Below, piece by piece: positions 9,574-17,498 of a DNA stretch of 20,534 bases; position 1 is the first letter of the stretch, and the number at the start of each line of letters is the position of its first letter. The stretch spans positions 1 to 20,534 of IMG/VR virus record IMGVR_UViG_2718218127_000002. One strand, 5' to 3'. The notes under the pieces were generated by a model. That model did not search any database. It was given only the letters and a program-made list of their open reading frames with translations, and was not told where the DNA came from. The translations under genes and the position numbers were made by a program. The DNA comes from a virus (Duplodnaviria; Heunggongvirae; Uroviricota; Caudoviricetes).

Positions 9574-10379
9574 ACTCTAAAGGCATCATCGGCTTTATGT
9601 GGTATAGGAGCATAACGCTCGGTACTTACTCGATGTAGCACCGCAAATATATTCAAAGGTGAACCATCCTTTAACCTAAGAGAAACATACATTGGCATCG
9701 TTGGTGTTAACCCCCGATTTAGGCCAACAGTGGCACCACTTACTTTCATACCATTTTCTAAAGATGCATTTTCAATAAACCCCTGAGTGAATGTGCTTTC
9801 TCCATTGACCATAACAACAACATCATCATGCTTAATTGTATTATCCATAATCATCATAAAATCAGCAATTGGTTCTAAAAAATCCATTGCTGATAATTTC
9901 ACTATCTTACCCCCATCACCATCCTTAATATCATAGGAGAGGTTTGAATACTTCTCAGGATTAGGAATATACGTATTTTGTTGATTAATGACATCTATAA
10001 TTTGTCTTATTGCCACATCGATCCCATACGAATAAAGATCAATATATAGCGTTTGAGTAAGCAGAGCAGGCAAGGATATATTCTGGCAACGTATTGGTAT
10101 AAATTTACACTTCCCGGACGATGCCTTAATTAAAGCATTTTGCCATTCCATTTTTACCATGTTACTTGCCAAACTATTTTCTGTGACAAAAAAGAAAAAG
10201 AACGATACATTCTCCATTCCTAAATTCATCTTGTCAATAATACCCTCTCCGGGTTGGATAGACCAAGAATCGTAGAATACGTTATCACGCCCATAAACAT
10301 CTGCTAGTTTTTCCGCTATAACACTTACAAACCTTTTGTCACGGTGATTATGACTTAGAAAGATCATAGCATGCCCCAT
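9567..10379 (-). CDS. TIR-domain protein with uncharacterised C-terminal domain (candidate defence protein)
   Basis: N-terminal 140 aa show the bacterial TIR pattern: IFLSHNHRDKRFV (betaA/alphaA), NVFYDSWSIQPGEGI, VSFFFFFVTENSLASNMVKMEWQNAL (hydrophobic strand, then Ser-x5-Glu where the catalytic Glu is expected). Start is either ATG 10379 or ATG 10367. AT-rich relative to the phage backbone. Confidence 0.6.
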   Translation of the reverse strand: MGHAMIFLSHNHRDKRFVSVIAEKLADVYGRDNVFYDSWSIQPGEGIIDKMNLGMENVSFFFFFVTENSLASNMVKMEWQNALIKASSGKCKFIPIRCQNISLPALLTQTLYIDLYSYGIDVAIRQIIDVINQQNTYIPNPEKYSNLSYDIKDGDGGKIVKLSAMDFLEPIADFMMIMDNTIKHDDVVVMVNGESTFTQGFIENASLENGMKVSGATVGLNRGLTPTMPMYVSLRLKDGSPLNIFAVLHRVSTERYAPIPHKADDAFRVK

Positions 10380-10448
10380 TAGAAATTAATGTGTAAGATC
10401 TGCGTAGAGAGTCACCGACAGTGTACCAATAATAATCTTCTGCGCGCA

Positions 10449-10467
10449 ATCGTATCCCCGCCACGCC
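10449..10467 (-). other. cos-like cohesive-end sequence (putative packaging site remnant)
   Basis: Minus-strand sequence GGCGTGGCGGGGATACGAT; the first 13 nt are identical to the 19-nt cohesive end I recall for phage 186 (GGCGTGGCGGGGAAAGCAT; P2 GGCGAGGCGGGGAAAGCAC), 16/19 overall; lies in a GC-richer segment between two AT-rich genes. Confidence 0.45.
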
Positions 10468-10667
10468 TGCCCACTTTATGTAGTGGTTTTCATGCACCTG
10501 CATGACATAAGCAAAAGCACGCCAGTTCTGGCTGGCATCAGCGAAAACGATCGTCATACTATCATGCGATCTCATGCGCCATATGAAGTTTTCCTGACAC
10601 AGCCTTGGGTTGGGATAACACCTAACTCAGGAAGATTTTTTGTGTGTTTGTAACCCACACCTAGAGT

Positions 10668-11837
10668 TTACCAATCCATGTTTGCGGCATTATCCATCTC
10701 ACGAGTTAAGTAATTAACAAATAAGTCCATATTCCTTTCTGATTTCATCGCCTCCGCATAGGTTCCATTAGTTACGTAAGATAGTATTAAAGGACATCCA
10801 GATTCAATATAAATTTTTGCTGGGGACAGTTCTCCCTGCCACAAATTTTCAAGAAAATCGTTAATTAATTGCATTGCTTCAGGTGCCAAAAAATGCACAC
10901 CATTTCCAAACTTGAAACGTTCTTTATTTTCTCGATGAGGCAGCAATAGTGGCACAGCCCCTACACTTGAGTGAAATTCCAATGCTTGCCCATCCTTACC
11001 GAAGGCGCCATGGGCTACAAAATTACGCACCTGTTTTCTGAGTATAAGTAAACGATCATAGAACAATTTTAGACTGGAAGAGTTAATATCAATGGCTAAT
11101 TTGAATTTCTCCCCCCATTCTTTTCCAACTTTATCAGCCACATCATTCCCATTTTTTATCTCACCCTTCAAGATTGCAATAAGAATGAAAACATGCTCGG
11201 TCCAATTGAAAAATGACTCAATTGCAGACGTTGCTAACCACATAGCCTCTCTTCGGAGTTCAATTATCTTATTTGATTGTTCAAAAGTGGATTGTAACAG
11301 GCTGAAAAAATTATCAGACTTAAACTCACTATCAACTTCCAGTTTAGACTCTTGGCCAGCAGCAACTTCATCAAGCTTCTGTTTATATAGCTCTAAAAAA
11401 TAGCAAAACCTATCATAAAGAGAATTAGCATTGTTATTAACATTTAGATTTGAAGTCTTTGCTGCATTGTCTGCAAGCGAGTCAAAAAAATTCGTAGCAG
11501 CTTTAACCCCTGCGCAAATATGTCTCAAAACAGTTTTAGCTTGCTCTATATCATCATCACTCTTGATAAATATATCTAAACCAAGTTTACGATGTTCTAT
11601 AATTACGACAGTCCCATCAATCCGGACTGGGATAGAAAAAGAAATCTTCTCATCAACCCCACGATTTTTAAATTTCAGTAAATCTACCAAAAGAAAATAA
11701 ACGAGATAATACGGAGGTAATGAGTCTCCCAAACCCGAGCGCTTACCCCAAAAATATTCATCAAGCTCGGCAGACTCCATTGTCCCTATGACTCTTCGGA
11801 CGCGTTCTTCAACTTTAGCCAGATCCATTCCCCACAC
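10668..11837 (-). CDS. Hypothetical protein with HEPN-like R-N-x3-H motif (candidate abortive-infection/defence effector)
   Basis: 389-aa AT-rich ORF; motif RNFVAH at residues 271-276 (nt 11010-11027) fits the Rx4-6H HEPN signature with polar residue after Arg; no Walker A, SIR2 or other motif recognised by eye. Start is either GTG 11837 or ATG 11828. Confidence 0.45.
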   Translation of the reverse strand: MWGMDLAKVEERVRRVIGTMESAELDEYFWGKRSGLGDSLPPYYLVYFLLVDLLKFKNRGVDEKISFSIPVRIDGTVVIIEHRKLGLDIFIKSDDDIEQAKTVLRHICAGVKAATNFFDSLADNAAKTSNLNVNNNANSLYDRFCYFLELYKQKLDEVAAGQESKLEVDSEFKSDNFFSLLQSTFEQSNKIIELRREAMWLATSAIESFFNWTEHVFILIAILKGEIKNGNDVADKVGKEWGEKFKLAIDINSSSLKLFYDRLLILRKQVRNFVAHGAFGKDGQALEFHSSVGAVPLLLPHRENKERFKFGNGVHFLAPEAMQLINDFLENLWQGELSPAKIYIESGCPLILSYVTNGTYAEAMKSERNMDLFVNYLTREMDNAANMDW

Positions 11838-11998
11838 CGCCTTTCAATATCACTTAAGGTATTACAGCCAATGACATCGATTAAATACAGCGTAGATAAT
11901 AGGCAACTTGCTACTGTTTTCAAGGGCTTTCTGTTTCAATCCTTAGTTGACCTTGCTGACGCGAGAATCTAGTTCTCACGCCAGCAACGCCCCTGCTG

Positions 11999-12187
11999 CT
12001 AACCGAGAAGATCCATTACACGGTTATATTCATGGGCACGAATTTTCGCCATCAACTCATCAGTCAGCTCTGAAACCCACTGCAGAGCCAGCCCCTTCTC
12101 TTCATCACTACACTCACTAGCCGCTACAAGCTTAAGAAAAAAATCAATGCGCTGGAGCTTCAAAGACTCCAAAAAATAGTCCTGCAT
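11999..12187 (-). CDS. Small hypothetical protein (62 aa)
   Basis: ATG at 12187 preceded by a strong SD (taGGAGGaaaaATG); the longer 96-aa track ORF has no SD. Located immediately downstream of A, in the position of P2 orf91. Confidence 0.5.
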   Translation of the reverse strand: MQDYFLESLKLQRIDFFLKLVAASECSDEEKGLALQWVSELTDELMAKIRAHEYNRVMDLLG

Positions 12188-12340
12188 TTTTCCTCCTATG
12201 ACACCACAAGCAATACTGTATGCATAACCACTGTTTATATTTACAGTATATAATAATCTTACTGATGTAAAACGTTTTTTTACGTTCATCAGCCTGATAT
12301 GCCTGGTATTATTAAGAGCACGAATTGTTAATCCGCGTAA

Positions 12341-14755
12341 TTAATACAGGTTCCGCCACTTATCATCTTCCCACAAACGCTGGTTCCGATAGAAGATACG
12401 CAAGCCTGCTCCTGACGGAATACTGCCGCCGCGAAGGAGTAAATCGACCTCTTTCTCGCTGCCATCAAATCCTCTGGACTTCAGCTCATAGACGAGCTGC
12501 AGTCGCTGATGGTCTGTAATTCGCTGTTTGTAGTCTTTACGCCGTTTCGGTTTAACCAAGCGTAACCTTGCTGCCAGTTCCCGGCGCTCTTTTTTGCTCA
12601 TACTGTGCAGGTAATCGTGCAACTCCTTGTCATCCATGCGGGTAATGTCCGTTCTGGTGTCCCCATCAGCTGATTTATCTTTCTCCTGTTGGTTCAAATT
12701 TTCAGCAAGGGGACAGTTATTGCCACGAGTCCAAGGGGCGCAAGCGCCCTGGTCGGCTGCCGCCTCCTGAACATCAACGGCCTTACGAACCATTTTCCAC
12801 TTCACGGCATGAGTGCAGATCTTGCCCTCTGCAATAGGTGACCAGATGCCATAAATACGAATGCCGTGATCGCCATAGGCGGTCGGCTCTTCGTTGATTT
12901 CATAAGCGGTTCTGATGAGGTGATATTTGCGGGGAACCAGTACGCCGCCCTGCTTCATGATGTAGGTGGCAAAACAACCAGCATCAGCAGCAGCCAGGAT
13001 GGCATCAAGGCGTGGGTTATCCAGTACCGGCGCACCTGCTTTTTTGTCCCCCTGTTGCCTTGCCGCCTGACCAGCCAGCAATCGCAGTTCACGGTAAGCC
13101 TGACGCCCCGGAATGCCAAAGAAGCGGAATTGCTGAACACGATGCAGAGACGCCCAGGCATTAACGTATTCAGCATTATCACGCAGGGATTTCCCCGTTT
13201 CCTTGCTGATCTCGCCAGCCAGACCACGCCCGTCAATGTTCTTACTGATGTATTTCGCGATGTAGCTTGTTGGCGTTCCTTTGCGCGGGTTAATCAACTC
13301 AGACTTAAAGCGCGGCCCAGTGTTATTGCCCAGCTCCTCGCGGTCTTCACGGATGGCAAACTTACGCAGTAATGCAGTGATGGCACGGCGGTCTTTTTTG
13401 CGCATGAAACACAACAGGTGCCAGTGAACTGTGCCGTCATGATGCGGCTCAGCCACCCGCACGCCATACCAGCGCAACCCGGCTTTGTGCATCGCCTTAC
13501 GAAATGCAGCAAACATGCCGACCAGATAATCGCTGCTTTGTCTTACCGTCGCGTTTGTCCAGGTCGGGTTTGGTCTGCCGTTATTGAGCGTGGAATGGAA
13601 ACGTGACGGACAGGTGATGGTGTAGAAAACGGCGCAGTCACCGCGCATTTCCGCGATAAGCTCCAGACCTTTAACACAGGCCATCATCTCATTGCGGCGA
13701 TGCGCCGGGTTGCTGCTGCTGGCGTTTACCACATCCTCCATGTCCAGCGTGTCGCCGTCTTCGTTCACCAGTTCATGAGAACGGAAAAACTCCAGCGACT
13801 TACGGCGCTGCTCACGTTTATGCATCACGGCTTCATAGCTGACATAGGGAGATGCTTTTTTGCTGACCAGGCAGACAGCACGCAACTGCTCTTCCCGCCA
13901 TTCGCAACGCATCTTCCATAATTTCCGATACCACCAGTCGGCGCACAACATACGCGCCAGCGAACCCGGAATGAGTTCATAGGGCACGGGTTTACGGCGG
14001 TTTCTTTTCCGACGGAGTTGCTCAAACGCAGGAGGGATTACATCCAGACGCAGGGTTTCCGCTGCCACCTTTTCCCATGTCTTGCGGATTTCTTCTGGCT
14101 TAACGTCATCGGTGGCATACAAATCACCACAAGCTGCATCAAGGCACATGCTCATATGCGCGGCAACAAGGGTAGACAGGCGCTTCACCTGATCCTGACT
14201 CATTTCAGGCAGGATCAGCAGGCCGTCCAGCCCTTCATGGCTTGCCATAAAGCGAAAAGAAGTGGATAGCTGACTCTCGCGTACATGCTCCAGTCGTTCC
14301 AGACATGGCTTAATCGTCTCACGCAAATAGCGGGAATAAGCCTTTGGCCTGCCCAGGCTGCTGAAGTATTCAATACGTTGCATCAGCGGCTTGCTGATAT
14401 GGGAAGGCTGGGCGTTGACGTCCGCCAGAATGACCATATCCGGATTAAAACGCTGCTGCTCATGCGCCAGCTTTGCCCGACTAATGAGCTTATCCTGCTC
14501 GATTTCGCGCTGGACAGGATCACGGGATTCATTAAAGAAATAACGCTCCCAGACCTGATCACTCAGCGCCTCACGGCGCAGCTGTTCCTGCTCGTTATCG
14601 GCAGCGTACAGAGTGATCAGGTTTGAAAGCGCAGAAACCGGCGCAACTTCCGCCGGGTCCAGATAAGGGTTAATGGCCTTTTTCGGGCTGCTCCATGAGA
14701 ATGCTGCTGCGACCTCGTTAAAGCCGCTGCAGTTGTTCATATCAGCATGGCTCAT
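12341..14755 (-). CDS. A: Replication initiation endonuclease (P2 gpA-like rolling-circle initiator)
   Basis: 804-aa ORF with HUH-type motif (HWHLLCF) and downstream tyrosine motif ([12 protein letters not shown]) characteristic of P2 A-type nicking proteins; ATGA overlap with the upstream methyltransferase gene. Confidence 0.82.
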   Translation of the reverse strand: MSHADMNNCSGFNEVAAAFSWSSPKKAINPYLDPAEVAPVSALSNLITLYAADNEQEQLRREALSDQVWERYFFNESRDPVQREIEQDKLISRAKLAHEQQRFNPDMVILADVNAQPSHISKPLMQRIEYFSSLGRPKAYSRYLRETIKPCLERLEHVRESQLSTSFRFMASHEGLDGLLILPEMSQDQVKRLSTLVAAHMSMCLDAACGDLYATDDVKPEEIRKTWEKVAAETLRLDVIPPAFEQLRRKRNRRKPVPYELIPGSLARMLCADWWYRKLWKMRCEWREEQLRAVCLVSKKASPYVSYEAVMHKREQRRKSLEFFRSHELVNEDGDTLDMEDVVNASSSNPAHRRNEMMACVKGLELIAEMRGDCAVFYTITCPSRFHSTLNNGRPNPTWTNATVRQSSDYLVGMFAAFRKAMHKAGLRWYGVRVAEPHHDGTVHWHLLCFMRKKDRRAITALLRKFAIREDREELGNNTGPRFKSELINPRKGTPTSYIAKYISKNIDGRGLAGEISKETGKSLRDNAEYVNAWASLHRVQQFRFFGIPGRQAYRELRLLAGQAARQQGDKKAGAPVLDNPRLDAILAAADAGCFATYIMKQGGVLVPRKYHLIRTAYEINEEPTAYGDHGIRIYGIWSPIAEGKICTHAVKWKMVRKAVDVQEAAADQGACAPWTRGNNCPLAENLNQQEKDKSADGDTRTDITRMDDKELHDYLHSMSKKERRELAARLRLVKPKRRKDYKQRITDHQRLQLVYELKSRGFDGSEKEVDLLLRGGSIPSGAGLRIFYRNQRLWEDDKWRNLY

Positions 14756-15609
14756 GCACGCACTCCGTACACGGCAGAACTATCCACGCCACGCGAAGGA
14801 TCAAATCCCACCCAGCAGCGCGGCCCGGAAACAGCGATGATTTCTGTTGCTGATTTACACTCGCCAGCTGCCACACCGATGCTGCGTTTTACCTTGATAT
14901 AGTGGTGAGTAAAATTGCGATACAGCGAACGAATCAGGGATGTGTCACTGTTAGAAACAATGACCGGATGTCCTTCAGATGATCGATGTTCAAGAACGGA
15001 TGCCAGGTGATACTGGTCATCTTCAGTGAAACCATCAGTGTGATAGCCGGAAAACGTACCGTCATAAGGCGGATCGCAATACACCACATCCCCCGCCTTC
15101 AACATCGCCAGCGTTTCATCAAAGCTGGCGCAGATAAACGTTGCCCGCTGGGCTTTTTCTGCAAATGCGCGAATTTCTTTTTCAGGGAAATACGGATTTT
15201 TATAATTCCCGTAGGGAATGTTGAAATGTCCGCTCTTGTTATAACGACATAACCCACGGTAACCGTGACGATTGAGATACAGGAAATATACTGCTTTCAT
15301 GAAATCAGTAATTTCAGATGAGTAATTAAACTCCTGCCTTATGTTGTAATAAGCCACCTCCCTGTTTGCTTCCTCAAATAAGACTCTGGCACGAGATATA
15401 AATGATTCGCAATCAGCGGCAATCTTTTTATAGAGGTTGATTAAATCAGGATTAATATCAGCAACCAGATAGCTGGGGTAATCCGTCGCCATCATCACAG
15501 CACAGGAACCCGCGAAAGGTTCAACCAGTCGCGGGCCAGCAGGAAGGTGTTTTTTCAGTTCGGACATAATGGCGGTTTTATTACCCGCCCATTTCAGGAT
15601 GGTGCTCAT
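14752..15609 (-). CDS. Dam-like DNA N6-adenine methyltransferase
   Basis: Motif I FAGSCAV and catalytic motif IV DPPY ([10 protein letters not shown]); start assigned to ATG 15609 with GGAGGTG SD ([11 protein letters not shown]), typical Dam N-terminus; stop overlaps the A start. Confidence 0.8.
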   Translation of the reverse strand: MSTILKWAGNKTAIMSELKKHLPAGPRLVEPFAGSCAVMMATDYPSYLVADINPDLINLYKKIAADCESFISRARVLFEEANREVAYYNIRQEFNYSSEITDFMKAVYFLYLNRHGYRGLCRYNKSGHFNIPYGNYKNPYFPEKEIRAFAEKAQRATFICASFDETLAMLKAGDVVYCDPPYDGTFSGYHTDGFTEDDQYHLASVLEHRSSEGHPVIVSNSDTSLIRSLYRNFTHHYIKVKRSIGVAAGECKSATEIIAVSGPRCWVGFDPSRGVDSSAVYGVRA

Positions 15610-15833
15610 ACAGCACCTCCGTTGTAATGTTTGCCTTTCAGCTCTGCGATTTCCTGGCAGGTAATGCAAAGCTGCACTCCCGGAATGGCGCGGCGTCGTG
15701 CTGGCGGAATTGGCGCTTCACATTCAATACAAAGCACGCGAGACACGCCCGGTGTTTTGGCACGGGCAGCACGAATATGGCGCTGGCGTTCTTCTTCAAC
15801 GCGCTGCTGTACGAGATCCATTGCATCAGCCAT
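15606..15833 (-). CDS. TraR/DksA-family C4 zinc-finger protein
   Basis: 75 aa with CIECEAPIP...x17...CITCQ four-cysteine pattern; overlaps the methyltransferase start by 4 nt. Confidence 0.65.
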   Translation of the reverse strand: MADAMDLVQQRVEEERQRHIRAARAKTPGVSRVLCIECEAPIPPARRRAIPGVQLCITCQEIAELKGKHYNGGAV

Positions 15834-16066
15834 TAGTGGATCTCCTGCGCTTCGTTCTGGATTGCTTCAGCAGTTACACGCAGCAGTTCTGCCGCTTCGA
15901 CGTGGTTTAGCTGGCGGGATGTGATATGACACGCCAGGCTATCAAGGCGAGCTGCCATTGCTTCAGCCCTTGCCCGGCGTTCTTCCAGACGAGCCTCTGT
16001 CAGTAAAATATTAAGCCCTGCGTCATCCGGTCCGGTTTTAGTCGTGAGGATTTCAATATTACGCAT
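15833..16066 (-). CDS. Hypothetical small phage protein (77 aa)
   Basis: ORF in the B-A interval; ATG at 16066 with GGAGA SD (the track start two codons upstream is TTG). Confidence 0.5.
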   Translation of the reverse strand: MRNIEILTTKTGPDDAGLNILLTEARLEERRARAEAMAARLDSLACHITSRQLNHVEAAELLRVTAEAIQNEAQEIH

Positions 16067-16133
16067 AATCAATTCTCCTGAATTTAGATAAAGGGATGCC
16101 CGGCGGGTTTACGCCATTAATTTCATTAGTTGG

Positions 16134-16475
16134 TTAATTCGGCATGGTTAGCCGTCTGGGAAATAAGCTCACCACCGCACGAAAATGATTCATTGCTTTA
16201 ATCAGCTCCCGCTTTTCGTCAGTGGTCAGCTCATTAATGCTGATGCTATGACGTTCAGCTGGAATTTTTGCCATAAAGAATATAGCAGCCAGTGCCCGTT
16301 TATTTTGTTCATTATTGATATCCCGTGGATCACGCATATCTTTAATAAACCGCTCAAGCTCTGACTCAATATTCAAACCAAAAACTTTCGCCCTTAACTC
16401 CGCAATATGATTAAGTCCATTCAGGCGTTCACCGGGTCTTAATGGAACAGTCGCCGCAGCGCCTTCAATAGCCAT
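16134..16475 (-). CDS. Hypothetical phage protein (113 aa)
   Basis: ORF in the B-A interval; start assigned to the second ATG (16475), which has a GGGGGAA SD-like sequence. Confidence 0.45.
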   Translation of the reverse strand: MAIEGAAATVPLRPGERLNGLNHIAELRAKVFGLNIESELERFIKDMRDPRDINNEQNKRALAAIFFMAKIPAERHSISINELTTDEKRELIKAMNHFRAVVSLFPRRLTMPN

Positions 16476-16639
16476 TTGTTCCCCCATTTTTTCGTAGATA
16501 GTTCTGCCAGCAATTCATCTTGTGAACGGCACGGATGCCAGCGTTTACCATCCTCACCCATGATCCAGCCGTGACCGTAGTGCATTGCCGGACTTTGTTT
16601 TACCAGCAGCGATGCAAATGATGGTTCTTTCGTCAGCAT
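16439..16639 (-). CDS. Hypothetical small phage protein (66 aa)
   Basis: ATG at 16639 with GAGGTG SD; immediately downstream of the B-like gene. Confidence 0.45.
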   Translation of the reverse strand: MLTKEPSFASLLVKQSPAMHYGHGWIMGEDGKRWHPCRSQDELLAELSTKKWGNKWLLKALRRLFH

Positions 16640-16646
16640 AAGCACC

Positions 16647-17156
16647 TCACAGCAAACCGAATGAAGCACCGAGGCCAGTCACGGTATCAACTGCATTCGC
16701 CATCGCAGGATTAGCCTGTAAACGGGCCTGCAATGAAACAGCGGCCAGCGCCATCAGTCGTGTTACAGAGTTAATGCTGCTGATAGCATCACGACGACCT
16801 GCACTGGTTTTTACATCGCCAGATACCGCACCTGCAGCAACACGCCCGATCTCTGCGGTTGCACTCATGACGTAATGCGGTAGTTTCTCTTTTGCCACCT
16901 CATTAATCGGAACACATGGCAGACAATGAATCTGTGCCAGAAAACCATCTACCAGCGTTGAATCTTCAGTCAGATCGGTAAGCAACCAAATTTCTGGTGC
17001 GGTTAATAAATGAGGTTGAGCTGGGTTCAGTTTGTTCCGCAGAATCTGCACATTCATGCCTGCACGTTCTGCCAGTTGCACCAGATTGTGGCGCAGTGCG
17101 AATGCACGACAGGCTTCATCAAAATGTGGATGTTTGGAAACTTGGTAATCAAACAT
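16647..17156 (-). CDS. P2 gpB-like protein (replication gene B; assignment by position and size)
   Basis: 169 aa from ATG 17156 with GAGGTG SD (MFDYQVSK...); first gene downstream of cox as in P2. Confidence 0.5.
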   Translation of the reverse strand: MFDYQVSKHPHFDEACRAFALRHNLVQLAERAGMNVQILRNKLNPAQPHLLTAPEIWLLTDLTEDSTLVDGFLAQIHCLPCVPINEVAKEKLPHYVMSATAEIGRVAAGAVSGDVKTSAGRRDAISSINSVTRLMALAAVSLQARLQANPAMANAVDTVTGLGASFGLL

Positions 17157-17188
17157 GGTCGACACCTCTGATGTATCCCAAAATGGAA

Positions 17189-17410
17189 CTAGTTGAATAC
17201 AACATTGCAATCAGTAAGTGCATCAACGGTAAGAGCAGCAAGGTTGATCATTACCTTTTCTCTTTTCTTGTCTTTCCGAAGGCGATGCCGAGGGATGCGA
17301 CCGTCAGCCAGCATATCGTTAATTGTGTCGATTGAAAGACCAGTAAGTTCGCTATAACGCTCAATTGTGACATGTGGCGTATTCAGGGTTATTGAAATGT
17401 TAGGGGTCAT
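17189..17410 (-). CDS. cox: Cox-like excisionase/early regulator
   Basis: 73-aa basic protein divergent from the repressor gene; [28 protein letters not shown] resembles the DNA-binding region of phage Cox-family proteins; AGGAGA SD. Confidence 0.6.
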   Translation of the reverse strand: MTPNISITLNTPHVTIERYSELTGLSIDTINDMLADGRIPRHRLRKDKKREKVMINLAALTVDALTDCNVVFN

Positions 17411-17498
17411 GATGCAACATCTCCTATTGGCTTGTGGTGAGTCAGTTTTAATCGTGGCTTTAACTTCACATTTCGGAGAATGGGATCACAAATCGGTT
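17411..17498. promoter_or_regulatory. Lysis/lysogeny switch region (divergent cox and repressor starts, presumed operators)
   Basis: Intergenic region between divergently oriented cox and repressor genes; contains the 10-bp sequence tcacatttcg (17466-17475) repeated at 17515-17524. Confidence 0.45.

Noticed and set aside
10348-10575. 75-aa minus-strand ORF between the TIR and HEPN-motif genes
   Set aside because: It overlaps the TIR gene start, spans the GC-richer backbone segment containing the cos-like 19-mer, has no convincing SD and no recognisable protein features; more likely non-coding cos-region sequence (or a gene remnant) than a real gene.
10668-11837. Possibility that the 389-aa cargo protein is a ThsA-like (SIR2 or SLOG) Thoeris effector partner of the TIR protein
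   Set aside because: No SIR2-type or Rossmann/SLOG glycine-rich motifs recognisable by eye and no Walker A; the only motif found is HEPN-like, so I do not call this canonical Thoeris.
12866-14626. Several plus-strand ORFs (62-168 aa) antisense to the replication gene A
   Set aside because: All lie inside the 804-aa A gene, which has clear catalytic motifs; antisense frames without SD support.
17367-17498. Upstream extension of the repressor ORF starting at ATG 17367
   Set aside because: The 44 extra residues ([44 protein letters not shown]) look non-protein-like and would overlap the divergent cox start and switch region; ATG 17499 is the more plausible start.
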